A stretch of 64,000 bases of DNA from Candidatus Latescibacterota bacterium (GCA_965217585.1 OZ244561.1:3712001-3776000), one strand, 5' to 3'; numbered from the stretch's first letter, positions 32,478 to 43,090 are shown. Translations and numbers: made by a program. Notes: generated from the sequence alone by a model not told the origin.

Positions 32478-34121
32478 TCAGGTGCCTTGGACCAGCGAAT
32501 CCGGCAGGGCGGCCTTGAGTGCTTGCTCGTCGATTTCGACCCGGCTCTGATAGCGCTGGCGCAGGTCTTGGACCAAGCTGGTGAAGGCCGCGTTTTCCCG
32601 TTCGCGGCGCAGCAGCGCGTGGGCGCGGCGCTGGACCTGTTCGTACGGCTCGACCCTGCCGGGATTGCGCCCTTGGACGCGGAAAATGGAGTACCCGTCG
32701 CGCACCCGAATCGGCCCGACGAGTTGGCCGGGTTCCGCCGCATAGATGGCCGGGACTAGGTGCGGATAGAGCTTCTCGTCGCGCGGGTGGAAGTGGAAGC
32801 GCGCTCGCGACTGGACGGCTTGGGCGCGCACGCTGCGGTCGGCGAACTCGGCAAAACTCGCGCCAGCGGTGAGCTGGTTGCTGAGCCACTGGGCCTCGGC
32901 CGGGCTGGACGCGAGCAGCTCTTCGACCTCGACGGACTCTTCGTGATAAAACATGTCGGGATGGCTGTCGTAGTATGCCCACACCTCGGCGTCAGATAGC
33001 ATTTCGACGGCAGCGAAGCGGTTGCGCACGGCGTTGAGCAGCGCGTCTTGGTAGGCCCTCGTGGCCAGCCGTTGGACATCCGGGTCGTCGTATAGGCCCT
33101 GTTCGCGGGCGGCGCGGCGCTGGAGGAGGGGCCGCAGCACCAGCCTGTCTAGCGCGGTGTGCGCGCGCGTGCTGTCTTTGAGGCTGCGCTGGGCATTGAG
33201 CCGCCGCAGGGCTTTATAAGCCGCAGCGACTGTGGCTTGACCCTCGGCAAAGGTGTAGAGTGGCGCAGCGCACGTGTCGAGCAGTGCGACGTCCTCGCGC
33301 TGAGCCGCGCTGAGCATGAGTTGTAGCCCGTCGCGGTCGAGGGCCGCACCCACCGCGGCGCTGAGCGACTCAAAGTGCTCGGCCTCAATTTGGGATAGGC
33401 GCTCGCTGAATAGCTGTTCTTCGATGAGGGGCCGGTAGCGCTCGTAGGGCGTGTCGCGGTCTTCGGTGAAGCGGACGATGTGCCAACTGCGGCCGGCGTG
33501 CAACGGGGCAGATATTTCTCCCAAGGGCAGCGTATTGAAAACCTCGGCCGGGATGTGCAGACTGGGCGCGGCCTCGCGGCCAATAAAACCCAACTCGCCG
33601 CCTTGTTCAGCCGAGCGCTTGTCGAGCGAGTGCGCGTGGGCCACCTCGGCAAAGGGCTGGCCGGCATTGAGCGCGGCTACGGCCGCTTCGATCTCGGCGC
33701 GGGTGTGGACCAAGATTGCGTTGAGCTTGCGCTCGCGGTGGTAGCCCTCTGCGGCAAAGACGCGCCGCACATCCTCTTCGGGCACTTGTATCTGAGCGGT
33801 TATGTTGCGCGCCCGATAGAGGGCGATGACTCGCGCATCCACGGCCTCATCGACGGCGCGTTGTACCGATTGCAGCGTATCCAGCCCGTGGGCGAGGGCC
33901 TCTTTGAGGATTAGTTGGCGGTCGATGAGCGATTGCACGTATTGACGCCGGGCCGCGTCGCCGCCTTCGGGATGGTGCAAGCCTGGGGGCAGCTTTTCGA
34001 CAAAGGCCCGCAGGCTCTCCGCCGAGATGGGTACGTCATCGACCCGCGCCACGGACGAGTTTGTTTCCTGAGAGCAGTTCGCGAGGGCGAAGACGATAGC
34101 GAGGATGTATAGAGGTCGCAT
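32478..34121 (-). CDS. Parvulin/SurA-PrsA-type peptidyl-prolyl isomerase lipoprotein
   Basis: Lipobox-like LANC. FAEVAHAHSLD...GGELGF and GYSIFRV motifs. Two rotamase-like domains. Confidence 0.8.
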   Translation of the reverse strand: MRPLYILAIVFALANCSQETNSSVARVDDVPISAESLRAFVEKLPPGLHHPEGGDAARRQYVQSLIDRQLILKEALAHGLDTLQSVQRAVDEAVDARVIALYRARNITAQIQVPEEDVRRVFAAEGYHRERKLNAILVHTRAEIEAAVAALNAGQPFAEVAHAHSLDKRSAEQGGELGFIGREAAPSLHIPAEVFNTLPLGEISAPLHAGRSWHIVRFTEDRDTPYERYRPLIEEQLFSERLSQIEAEHFESLSAAVGAALDRDGLQLMLSAAQREDVALLDTCAAPLYTFAEGQATVAAAYKALRRLNAQRSLKDSTRAHTALDRLVLRPLLQRRAAREQGLYDDPDVQRLATRAYQDALLNAVRNRFAAVEMLSDAEVWAYYDSHPDMFYHEESVEVEELLASSPAEAQWLSNQLTAGASFAEFADRSVRAQAVQSRARFHFHPRDEKLYPHLVPAIYAAEPGQLVGPIRVRDGYSIFRVQGRNPGRVEPYEQVQRRAHALLRRERENAAFTSLVQDLRQRYQSRVEIDEQALKAALPDSLVQGT

Positions 34122-34135
34122 AGAGATTCTTTCCT

Positions 34136-36088
34136 TTAATATACAGGTGTTCGATTGCCGACCATGCCGGTAAAGCCATCCACCACCAGCCACAGGCCAG
34201 CGGCGACGAACTGGCCGAGTACGACTCCGACGAAAAAGGGGCGGGTGAGGAGGTAGGTGCGGGGGCCGCCGTATTTGAGGACGGTGATCTTGATGAGCCA
34301 AGCGAGAAAGATCGAAAACCAGATGCTGTTCATTACCCAGCCGGTGCTCACCGCAAAGCCAAGTGGGTGAAAGGGCCACCAGACGAAGAAGTGGCGGGCG
34401 GTCATCAAGCCGCCCATGATCAGGGCACCGAAACTCGTCCACAGCCACCCGGCGAGGCTCGGTCCCGTGGGATTGGCGAGTTTTTGCGCGGCAAAGTCCG
34501 AGGGGTATGCGGCAAAGCCCGTGAAGTACTGGGGATGCAGGTTGAGCGCGCCGTCGCGATACGCGAGGTAGAGCATGAACCAGCAGGAGACCACGAGGCT
34601 GATGAGCATGGCCGCGACAATGGCCCAAAAGAGCAGGCGGCGAGTACCGTTAATCGCGCTGCCCAAGCGCAGGCTGTTGGCGAGGGGTGCGGTCATAAAG
34701 ACCAGCAGGTCACCAGTCCAGACGAAGGTGTAGCCCGTGGCGACCATGCCCTGCGCGCCGAGGGCCGGGACGCCAACGCCGGAGACGACAAAGCCGGCCG
34801 GAACCATTTCTGGGGTTACGGTGGGCATGCCTGCTTCGGCGATGACGCGCGCTAGGCCGATGAATATGACCAGCGACGAAAAGAGGAAGAAGGGCACGAT
34901 CCAAGCCGGGATTCCGCTCTTCCACAGCCAGAAGCCCATGGTGCAGACGCCACCGACGAAGAGCCAAAACGCGGCCCGATAGGAGAGGATCTCCTGCGAG
35001 TCGTCGATCCGGTCGTCGCCCCACAGGGCCTTGCGCAGGACGTTTTTGAGGTGGGGCCGCGCCGTCCACAGCCCATAGAACACCAAGATAATGATCGCGC
35101 CCATCATTTGATGCCCCATGATCGCGCCCACCGGCCCAGACCCGGTCCAAGGCCCTAGCTCCTCGGGGCTGAAGATGCCGATGTACCTGAAGATGCTTTC
35201 TTGTATTACGTGGAGCAGGTAGAAAAACCACAGGCTGAAGGCGATATTGGAGTTGATGAAGTACGCAAAGCCGAACATCAGGAAGTTGATGCGGATGTTG
35301 AGCGAGGCCGTGCGGTTAAAAAGCTCGACGCTGGTCTGGAGGGCGAGGGAGGGGACGAAGTTGAAGTAGTGGTGCAGAGCGTTGGTGCTGTTGAACAAGA
35401 AGGGCAACAGCAAGCCGCACCACATGATGGGGTTGCGAAAAAAGGGTTTGAGGCTTTTTTGCTCGCCGTCATCGTCGTCTTGGATCATGGCGAGGGGGAC
35501 TTGGGCCAGCGGAAAAACGAGTCGCTCGTTGTCAACCCACTGGCGGCGCAAGATGGATATGGCCGCGATAATGGCTGCGTAAAACCCCGCGTAGAATGCA
35601 AACCAGCGCCCGAGCGGCTTGAGCCAGACATCGTAGGGAATGGCCGAGCCTTTGGTGCCCTCGTAAAATGCCTTTACCGCGGCTGGATCGTACACCACCA
35701 TCCAATCCGAGAGAAACGGGTGGACTAAGTCGGCCCATTGGTTTTCAGGAGTGGCGTAGTAGAAGGTGCCGGTGATCATGGGCAGCAGCATCCCCACCAC
35801 GCCGCGCGTGGGGATGGCCGTGGCGACGGCCATCATGGCGAAGATGACGACCAACTCGCCGCGCCGAAAACCCCAGCGTCCCAAGGCAATTTGGAGGGTC
35901 AGGAGCAGAACGAACAGCAGGAAAAACGCCGCCGGTGTGGCCGAACTCAACCCGAGGCGCGAGCCTTGCACGACCATGCTACCGTAGGGAATACCGACGG
36001 CAATGACCAAGCTCAGCGCGGCGCCGACGAGGATGCTCCGGCCCGTAATGGCGGCTGGCGCATTGTCCGATCGGTCGATTTCAGCCAT
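34136..36088 (-). CDS. DUF6785/DUF6784-like multi-pass membrane protein (putative OPT-like transporter)
   Basis: YYATPENQW, LRRQWVDNERLVFPL, WWPFHPLG, KYGG. Many TM segments. Paralog at 55326. Confidence 0.75.
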   Translation of the reverse strand: MAEIDRSDNAPAAITGRSILVGAALSLVIAVGIPYGSMVVQGSRLGLSSATPAAFFLLFVLLLTLQIALGRWGFRRGELVVIFAMMAVATAIPTRGVVGMLLPMITGTFYYATPENQWADLVHPFLSDWMVVYDPAAVKAFYEGTKGSAIPYDVWLKPLGRWFAFYAGFYAAIIAAISILRRQWVDNERLVFPLAQVPLAMIQDDDDGEQKSLKPFFRNPIMWCGLLLPFLFNSTNALHHYFNFVPSLALQTSVELFNRTASLNIRINFLMFGFAYFINSNIAFSLWFFYLLHVIQESIFRYIGIFSPEELGPWTGSGPVGAIMGHQMMGAIIILVFYGLWTARPHLKNVLRKALWGDDRIDDSQEILSYRAAFWLFVGGVCTMGFWLWKSGIPAWIVPFFLFSSLVIFIGLARVIAEAGMPTVTPEMVPAGFVVSGVGVPALGAQGMVATGYTFVWTGDLLVFMTAPLANSLRLGSAINGTRRLLFWAIVAAMLISLVVSCWFMLYLAYRDGALNLHPQYFTGFAAYPSDFAAQKLANPTGPSLAGWLWTSFGALIMGGLMTARHFFVWWPFHPLGFAVSTGWVMNSIWFSIFLAWLIKITVLKYGGPRTYLLTRPFFVGVVLGQFVAAGLWLVVDGFTGMVGNRTPVY

Positions 36089-36104
36089 GTTTTTTTAGGT
36101 GTTG

Positions 36105-37646
36105 ATGGACGCGCAAAACAAAGTAAAAACGACAAATAGGGCAAAAGGCCGGGCCGTTGCCCTACTGATTGGTTTGTCGCTCGTCGTGCTCTTTGAGGCG
36201 GCCTTGTGGCTGATGGACGTCGGCCCAGACGACGCTCTTTTCGCGGCTACCGGCTCGTCCTACCGCATCAATCCGCAGGCCGCGCGGCGCTTCTTCCCCC
36301 GCCAATACGTGCGCTTGGCCCCGGGGCAAGATCGCTTTGCCCGCGACAAAGACGCGCGTGCGTTTCGCGTGTTCGCGCTGGGGGCTTCGACCCTACTCGG
36401 CTTCCCCAACCCCGCCTATACCTCGTTTCCCAACTTCTTGCAACAGATGCTCGCCGATGCGTATCCAGCACGCGAGATCGAGGTCGTCAACTGCGGCGTC
36501 ACCGCCATCAATTCTTTCGTCTTGCGCGAATTTGTCGAGGAGGTGGCCGAGCACGAGCCGGATTTGGTCGTGATCTATGCCGGCCACAACGAATTCGTGG
36601 GACCGTACGGGGCCGCGACTCCGTTTGCGCGCCTGAGCGGCAACAGGTCCTTCATACGGTTGCAGATACTTTTGCAGCGGGCGAAGACCTACTACTTGCT
36701 CGAAAATCTGCTGCACTACGCCGCGGCCGCGCTGCGCCCCGCCGCACCCGCCGAGTCCTTCGGCGTGCACTTGGTGCAGCGCGAGATCTACTTGGAGGAC
36801 GAAGCGCATCGGCAGACCGAGGCCCATTACCAGCGCAATATGGCCGAGGTGATCGAAGTGCTGCGCGAGCGCGAGGTACCGGTCGCGCTCTGTACGCTGG
36901 TTTCCAATTTGACCGGATTCTATCCCCTGCGCTCGCAGGGGCCGGTCCCGCCGCCGGACGCGGTGCCCGCGGATTATCCACAGCACGCGGCCCTGCACTT
37001 TGCCGCGGGCTTGGCGCACCAAGCGGCCAGGGATTCCGCGCAGGCACTAGCCGCGTTGGTGCGCGCTCGCGATTTGGACGGCATTCACCTGCGGGCCTGC
37101 TCGCCCTTCAACCGCGCCATTCGCGCCTTGGCCGCTGAATCTGGGGCGATCTTGATCGACGTGGAGCAGGCGTTTGCTACCCATGCTCCGGCCGGTTTGG
37201 TCGGCGACGAGCTAATCACCGAGTATTTGCACCCCACGGTCTGGGGCCACTACCTGATCGCGCAGACCATAATGACGACTCTCTTTGCGCGGGCGGATGT
37301 GCTGGGTTTGGCAGGGGGGCGGGCGGATGCTTTGGACGACTTTGACGGCTATTGCCGTGGCTTGGGCTACGGAGTCCGCGAGCGCGTCTTAGCGCGCAAC
37401 GACCTAATCCTGCTGCTGAAGAACATGCCGTACGCCGAGCGGCCGCCAATCTTAGAGCAGCGACTCGCGCACCTAGTGGGCGAGCAGCTAGCCGACCTGC
37501 CCAAGCTGAGTTACGCGCAGATTGCGGATTTTGCCCGCCGCCGTGGCGTGGTCTTCTTGGCGGCCATCATCGCCGATCTTGAAGATCCCCAGCCGTTGGC
37601 GGACGCGCTGGACGAGTTGGTTGGGCCGTTGGGGTTAGCCCCCTAG
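36105..37646 (+). CDS. Membrane-anchored SGNH/GDSL hydrolase-like protein
   Basis: N-terminal TM, LGAST (block I), NCG, YAGHNE (block III), EYLHP (block V). Start codon uncertain. Confidence 0.75.
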   Translation: MDAQNKVKTTNRAKGRAVALLIGLSLVVLFEAALWLMDVGPDDALFAATGSSYRINPQAARRFFPRQYVRLAPGQDRFARDKDARAFRVFALGASTLLGFPNPAYTSFPNFLQQMLADAYPAREIEVVNCGVTAINSFVLREFVEEVAEHEPDLVVIYAGHNEFVGPYGAATPFARLSGNRSFIRLQILLQRAKTYYLLENLLHYAAAALRPAAPAESFGVHLVQREIYLEDEAHRQTEAHYQRNMAEVIEVLREREVPVALCTLVSNLTGFYPLRSQGPVPPPDAVPADYPQHAALHFAAGLAHQAARDSAQALAALVRARDLDGIHLRACSPFNRAIRALAAESGAILIDVEQAFATHAPAGLVGDELITEYLHPTVWGHYLIAQTIMTTLFARADVLGLAGGRADALDDFDGYCRGLGYGVRERVLARNDLILLLKNMPYAERPPILEQRLAHLVGEQLADLPKLSYAQIADFARRRGVVFLAAIIADLEDPQPLADALDELVGPLGLAP

Positions 37647-38653
37647 TCGAGCAGGGCTTCTCCGTAGGCGAAGAGAAGCGGCGTGCCGCCGGTGTGGACG
37701 AAGACGACGTTTTTGCTATCTCGAAAACGCCCTTGGCGCACCTGATCAATTAGGCAGGCCAATCCCTTGCCCGAATAGGTGGGATCGACGAAGATGCCCT
37801 CGCTCTGGGCGAGGAGGCGGATGCTGTCGAGCGTGGCGCGGTCCAAATGGCCGAAGCCCGGGCCGACGTACTCATCGGTCACGGCGATGCGCTCTGGGTC
37901 GGGCGCGCATTCGAGGCCGAGGTGGGCTGCGGCTTCCGCGGCGGATTGGGCGATGCGCTCAGAGACTCCTTCGCGCTGGCTCAGCTTGCTCTGGGGGGTG
38001 CCGAGGAAGCGGGCCGACCGTTCCAAGAGGGAAAATCCGGCTACCAGCCCGGCCAAGCTGGTTCCTCCTGACCCGACTACCACGTCGTCGGCTTGGATGC
38101 CTGCGGCGCGCAGTTGGGTTTCGATTTCCAACGCACATTGGATGTAGGCAACGCGCGACAACAGCCCGGACAGGCCGGTGAACGGCTTGTGTCCTTCTGC
38201 CTTGAGTCGCTCCACTTCTTCGGCTATGGCTGCGCCGATGCCCTCGGGCGGAGCAAAGCGGATGCGCGCCCCACATAACTGGCCTAAAAGGTAGTTGCCC
38301 TGGGCCGGCGACTTGCGCCCCATGATGGAATCGTTCTCGCGCAGGACGACGACGCCCTTGAGGCCGAGCTGGGCGCAAGCTGCGGCGAATTGGCGGCAGT
38401 GATTGGACTGGACGACCGCGCTCAGCACGGCCGCATCGCATCCTTGGGCCGTGCCCTCGGCGAGAGTGAATTCGAGGTAGCGAGACTTGTTGCCGCCAAA
38501 GGCGAGGCCGGTCAGATCGTCGCGCTTGATCCAGATCTGCGGCCCCCCGAGCGCGGCCGACAGTCGCGGACAATGCTGTAAGGGCGTTGGCAAATGCGTC
38601 AGGCGGTGGCGAGGCTGCGCGTCGATGGCGCGTTGGATCGCTTGGAGGTCCAT
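37643..38653 (-). CDS. D-cysteine desulfhydrase family PLP enzyme
   Basis: KRDDLTGLAFGGNK, QSNH, DPTYSGK and HTGG (S/T rather than the E/L typical of ACC deaminases). Confidence 0.85.
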   Translation of the reverse strand: MDLQAIQRAIDAQPRHRLTHLPTPLQHCPRLSAALGGPQIWIKRDDLTGLAFGGNKSRYLEFTLAEGTAQGCDAAVLSAVVQSNHCRQFAAACAQLGLKGVVVLRENDSIMGRKSPAQGNYLLGQLCGARIRFAPPEGIGAAIAEEVERLKAEGHKPFTGLSGLLSRVAYIQCALEIETQLRAAGIQADDVVVGSGGTSLAGLVAGFSLLERSARFLGTPQSKLSQREGVSERIAQSAAEAAAHLGLECAPDPERIAVTDEYVGPGFGHLDRATLDSIRLLAQSEGIFVDPTYSGKGLACLIDQVRQGRFRDSKNVVFVHTGGTPLLFAYGEALLD

Positions 38654-38703
38654 ATCGTTAGCTCCGTGCGGCCCCAGCCGCTTCGCTCTGAGGCCGGAAA
38701 GCG

Positions 38704-39873
38704 CTACGCCCACAGATGGCGGTGGGTACCGATCCATTCGAGGTGGGCGCGGCGGATGAGTCCGTAGTTGTAGAAGGCGTAGCCATTGACGCCCGCTTGG
38801 CTCAGCGCGGTTAGATGCGCGCCGAGCGCGTCGCCGTCGGCGAATGATCCAGGGGAGACGATGGCACTCAGGCCGGTGTTGGCCGGGAATTCGCCGCGCA
38901 GAGAGCGGACGCTAGCGGCTAGCGCGTCCGGCTCGCCGCCCACGCCGGCGTTGACCATGTACACGTTGCGGAGGACGCGATCCGAGTCCAGCCCGTTGAC
39001 GGTCCGGTCGCGGCCCCCGAAGAATGAGGCGCGCGCGCCGGCTTGGTTGGCGATGGCAACGGCTTCCTCCATCAGTGAAGTTGCCGTTTCGACGCGGGCG
39101 TCGAGAAAGGTCTGCAAGCGGCCGGAAAAGGCGGTGGCGAGGCATTCGGCGCTCGGGGGCTGCATGTCCGGGGCAGGCTCAGCAGCGAGTTCGCGGGTGA
39201 GGAATTCGGCGACATCTGTGCGAAAGCCCTCCCCGTCCAAGCCGAGGGCACCAGCCCGCTGCAAGCAGTGCTGACAGTAGCACAATCCCATCAGCAGTTC
39301 GCAAAAGGGCGTGATCTTTACGCCGACCTTGGGATTGCGGAACCCGTAGCTGAAGTGCAGGTAGCCCAGCGATTCGAGGTGGAACTCGTCGGGCTGGAAC
39401 TGCGCGGCTATATCGCGGCAGAGAGCGCGAGCGTAGTCGCGCACCAAGGGGCTAGCCGGGCATAGCTGGGCGAAGTTGATGTGCCCAAAGGGATCGCGCT
39501 TGGCCGCGTCTGGATAGCGCTGGGGCAGGTAATGGTTGTAGTTGAAGACCAGCCAACTCGTCAGGTCGAGGCCGCGCTCCCGGATTTTATCTGCGATTCG
39601 GCGCATGTAATCCGGGCCATCGACGACGTTGCTGATCAGGGGCGCGATTGGGCTTTCGTCGTAAAAGGCGGCGGACGGCTCGAAGTAGAGCGCGCCTTCT
39701 TCCCCCCAGTAGAGGGGTCGCCGGGGATTGTGCGGCAAAAAGTACGTCGATACGTGGTAGCTCTGGGCTAGGCTGACGCTGTTGAGGCCGGCTGTGTGGG
39801 CGATGGTGTCTAGGGCCGGGTCAATGTCTTCGTCCGTCAAGTCCCAGGGGTACGTGTATATGGTCGCTCGCAT
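38704..39873 (-). CDS. Hypothetical TIM-barrel glycoside-hydrolase-like protein
   Basis: YTYPWD, LCPASP, FHLES, CYCQHC, FYNYG motifs. No signal peptide. Confidence 0.6.
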   Translation of the reverse strand: MRATIYTYPWDLTDEDIDPALDTIAHTAGLNSVSLAQSYHVSTYFLPHNPRRPLYWGEEGALYFEPSAAFYDESPIAPLISNVVDGPDYMRRIADKIRERGLDLTSWLVFNYNHYLPQRYPDAAKRDPFGHINFAQLCPASPLVRDYARALCRDIAAQFQPDEFHLESLGYLHFSYGFRNPKVGVKITPFCELLMGLCYCQHCLQRAGALGLDGEGFRTDVAEFLTRELAAEPAPDMQPPSAECLATAFSGRLQTFLDARVETATSLMEEAVAIANQAGARASFFGGRDRTVNGLDSDRVLRNVYMVNAGVGGEPDALAASVRSLRGEFPANTGLSAIVSPGSFADGDALGAHLTALSQAGVNGYAFYNYGLIRRAHLEWIGTHRHLWA

Positions 39874-39989
39874 GGGTGTGGTCTCCTTGTTTTGTAATCG
39901 TCTTTCCCGAGGAACTCATGGTTGAAATCGACTAGGCGCAAGCGACATCTAGGCTCGCAGGATATGCGACACTGGTTGAGCGATACGAC

Positions 39990-40200
39990 CTCGACCTTCG
40001 CGTAACAAAATTTTTTGCGCGAACTCACATTGATTTAGGATCGCTATATGAGTATGAAATTAGCATTTTTTTATTGAACTCTAGCTAAAAAGTTAGCATA
40101 CTGTTAAGACTGATAAAACGGTTTATGTAAAGACTATACATCCGACATGGGGATTGTTCACGTAATGTTCTGATAACTGCCTGCTGCCCTCTCCAAGGAA
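39990..40200. promoter_or_regulatory. AT-rich divergent promoter region, left border of cassette B
   Basis: Sharp AT enrichment and a repeated TTAGCAT (~40060 and ~40093) between divergent genes. Confidence 0.5.
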
Positions 40201-40207
40201 GTTGAGT

Positions 40208-43087
40208 ATGCGGTGGCCTATATCCATACTTCGATCTTTCCTCATAGGTGTGATGCTGGTTGGTGCCTTGGTATTTCCGGCGCAGAGTACTGCCCAGCCA
40301 CCAGAAGAGGGAGCCGAACCCACGGCAGGGAAGGGACACTTGCGCTTCCCTGGCTCGCCGTTCGCGGAGCCTGGCAGAGGCTTTCTCAACCGCGGAGTCT
40401 GGCAGGGTTATATAAACTACGGCATTGAACCTTACGAAACCTACACCGTCAGTACCCAGTCCTTCGAAGTTTACGACCGTCTGGGCAATCGGTTGCTGCG
40501 CGGCTATCCGCTCCTAACTTGGCAGGAGAATCGCTCAAAGGAACTCGACCTGCAGGAAAGCAGCATCTTCCGCTCCGCCCAGTACTGGCAGTGGTTCGAC
40601 AACCTCATAGTTTTCCAGGAAGCGCACAAGGGCTGGGCTGCCGGTTTATTCATAGGCGACAAAATCCGCACGACCCTCACTCCCCTCACCGTCAGCCGGC
40701 CGCGCTGGGACGGCCTCCGCCTTGATGCCCGCTCCGCATCCCATGGTTTGACCTTCCTGCTCACCCGGGGGCAGGCAAGGCGCTTTTCCACCTTCCAGTC
40801 GCGCAACGAAATCAATCCCATTCTGCAATACGGGGGACGGTGGTACTCCAGAATCGGCAAGGTGCTGACGGCCGGTTTTACCTTTTTCAACCAGCACCAA
40901 GCCGATATGCTGTCGGACCGGGGGAATTTACTGCGCGGCACCCTGCCCCGCGGCACGGAGGTGCCGACCACGATTTTCGTGCGGGTGCAGGACGACTCGC
41001 CGGAGGACGGGACCCCAGCGCAGGTGTACGCGCTGCACATCTACCTGAGGATTGTGCAGCCCAATGGAACGCGCACCACGCACACCTCGAATCCCGATGC
41101 CGGTCCTGGGGGCACCGAGTATATTCAGGATCTCAGACCCGTAGTGCTGCCCGGAGCGCGGCAGGTCGGAGATTACTACGAGGCCCGGGGCCCCGACGAG
41201 GTGGTGGATTTCGAATTCACCCTACCGCCAGGGGCGGTGGTGGATCGCGCCCGTTTCGAGGCCACGGTCGCCGGGGACTATCGGATCAGCGTGCGCCAGA
41301 AGCACCCCTTCTTCAACAGGGAATTGAGCGAACCAGACTGGGAGGAGCGACAGTGGCCGGCCAATCCCATAACTAGGCTGCACAACGTGGATGGGCGTCC
41401 CGGCTATCCGGTCGATTTCAAACCAGGCGAGACCGAGGCTTTTTTCATCCTCGTGCGCGCCAAAGGCAATCCCGCCACCCCCGGAGCCGATGCCCCTTCC
41501 GAGCAACCTAGGGTCGTTTCGTTTAAATACGGCATCCCCATCGGCCAGACCTTGATCGGGGCGGATTTTGCGATTGAGTCCATGGAGATGGTGGGCCGGG
41601 GAGAGCTGGTCTACAACTGGCAGGAGCACCAGTTCCCTCTCCACAGCGATTCCCTCGCGTTTGCGGGAAAGCACTTCGATACCAGCGCCCTGGCAGGATA
41701 CTTCACCCTCGTGAGGAATTTTGGCCCGCGTCTGCGCCATGGCGAAGTGGCGCTCGAAGTCTTCCGCATCGATCCCGATTACAGCGGCGGGTACGAGAGC
41801 CGGAGAGGGGGCGGGATTTTTTTTACGGACCAGGAGGGGGACTTCGAAACCGTGCGGCGGCAGCGGTTCTATTCCGGTTTTACCCAGGAGTTTGAACTGG
41901 TGGCCGACAACGACGACAATGACGATTGGCCCGACGACTGGCCCAAGGAGGAGGGCCGGTTCCAGCCATTGCAGCCGCAGGTGTACTCGGGTGCCAAGGC
42001 GCACTCGGGAGTGTTCCCGGGACTCGACGAGGACGGCGACAATAGCCCGGATACGGATCGCAACCGCAATGGGATCGCGGACTGGACCGAACCTTTTCTG
42101 CTTTACGACAGCGACCCGCCCGCCTTTGTCTACGGGATCGACTTCAACAACAACGGCATCCCCGACTTCCGCGAAAACGACGCCGAGCCCGACTATCCCT
42201 ATCGGCGCGACAGCAAGGGCTACCATGGCTTTGTCGCCGTCCCCGATCTGGTGCCTTTGTGCAAGCGCCTGACCATCGGCTATTTCTCGATCGGGCAGTT
42301 TGTCGGCGGGGGCGAAGCAAAGGGCCCCTACGCTCGCATCCAGCACCGCTCCCGTCCCCGGCGCTGGCTCGAAGTGGACTTTGACGACAATGTGAAGTAC
42401 GTGCGCGATAGCATCCGGGACGATGTCTACGTTTTCGACATAACACCGGAGGGTGTCAACTCGGGATCGGTGCTGAATCCCCCCCCTGCCGATCCGCTGA
42501 CCATGCGGAAAAGCATTGTAAACACCGGATTGCTCAGACTGGATTCGAGGCCGTGGCGCGATCGCAATCTCAGGCTGCAGGCGCAGATCTTGCATTTTAC
42601 CAACAAGCAACTGGAAGTGGAAGCGAGCGATGGGACGCGCCAGGAATCGGACCGCATCACCCGCCTGACATGGATCGGGCGCGCAGATTACGCCGTCGAC
42701 TGGGGCAAGTCGGATCTGTGGTTCGGGCTAAAATACCTAGCGCGGGAGGGAGACAAAGATAGCCTCGATGAGCCCGAATCCTCGCTGCGCTTCTTTACCC
42801 CCATCTTCCGGCTCAACTACCCGTTCATGGCCAATGTCTCCTTTCAGCTAGGCATGTCCGGTTTCGCCTGGCTGCCCATGCGCTATACCGACAACGTGGA
42901 CGAAGTCAACAGCTACGAGCAGAACTCGACCATCTTGATGATCACCAGTTCCACCGACGATTACCTCGGCTACAGCCTGTCGACCAGTGCGGGGATGCAG
43001 TGGCAGAAGATCGATTTTGACGCAAAAGAAAAATTTTTGGACTCGGATACCTTCGGGTTCTTCGTGGAAACCTTTGCCGGTTTTTAG
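40208..43087 (+). CDS. ~960-aa putative outer-membrane protein with acidic insert (paralog 2)
   Basis: Signal peptide, DDSPEDG, DNDDNDDWPD...GIDFNNN...PDYPY, ends FFVETFAGF (terminal Phe). Confidence 0.72.
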   Translation: MRWPISILRSFLIGVMLVGALVFPAQSTAQPPEEGAEPTAGKGHLRFPGSPFAEPGRGFLNRGVWQGYINYGIEPYETYTVSTQSFEVYDRLGNRLLRGYPLLTWQENRSKELDLQESSIFRSAQYWQWFDNLIVFQEAHKGWAAGLFIGDKIRTTLTPLTVSRPRWDGLRLDARSASHGLTFLLTRGQARRFSTFQSRNEINPILQYGGRWYSRIGKVLTAGFTFFNQHQADMLSDRGNLLRGTLPRGTEVPTTIFVRVQDDSPEDGTPAQVYALHIYLRIVQPNGTRTTHTSNPDAGPGGTEYIQDLRPVVLPGARQVGDYYEARGPDEVVDFEFTLPPGAVVDRARFEATVAGDYRISVRQKHPFFNRELSEPDWEERQWPANPITRLHNVDGRPGYPVDFKPGETEAFFILVRAKGNPATPGADAPSEQPRVVSFKYGIPIGQTLIGADFAIESMEMVGRGELVYNWQEHQFPLHSDSLAFAGKHFDTSALAGYFTLVRNFGPRLRHGEVALEVFRIDPDYSGGYESRRGGGIFFTDQEGDFETVRRQRFYSGFTQEFELVADNDDNDDWPDDWPKEEGRFQPLQPQVYSGAKAHSGVFPGLDEDGDNSPDTDRNRNGIADWTEPFLLYDSDPPAFVYGIDFNNNGIPDFRENDAEPDYPYRRDSKGYHGFVAVPDLVPLCKRLTIGYFSIGQFVGGGEAKGPYARIQHRSRPRRWLEVDFDDNVKYVRDSIRDDVYVFDITPEGVNSGSVLNPPPADPLTMRKSIVNTGLLRLDSRPWRDRNLRLQAQILHFTNKQLEVEASDGTRQESDRITRLTWIGRADYAVDWGKSDLWFGLKYLAREGDKDSLDEPESSLRFFTPIFRLNYPFMANVSFQLGMSGFAWLPMRYTDNVDEVNSYEQNSTILMITSSTDDYLGYSLSTSAGMQWQKIDFDAKEKFLDSDTFGFFVETFAGF

Positions 43088-43090
43088 CGC

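Noticed and set aside
37643-38653. ACC deaminase
   Set aside because: Diagnostic positions read DPTYSGK and HTGG, matching D-cysteine desulfhydrase-like enzymes.
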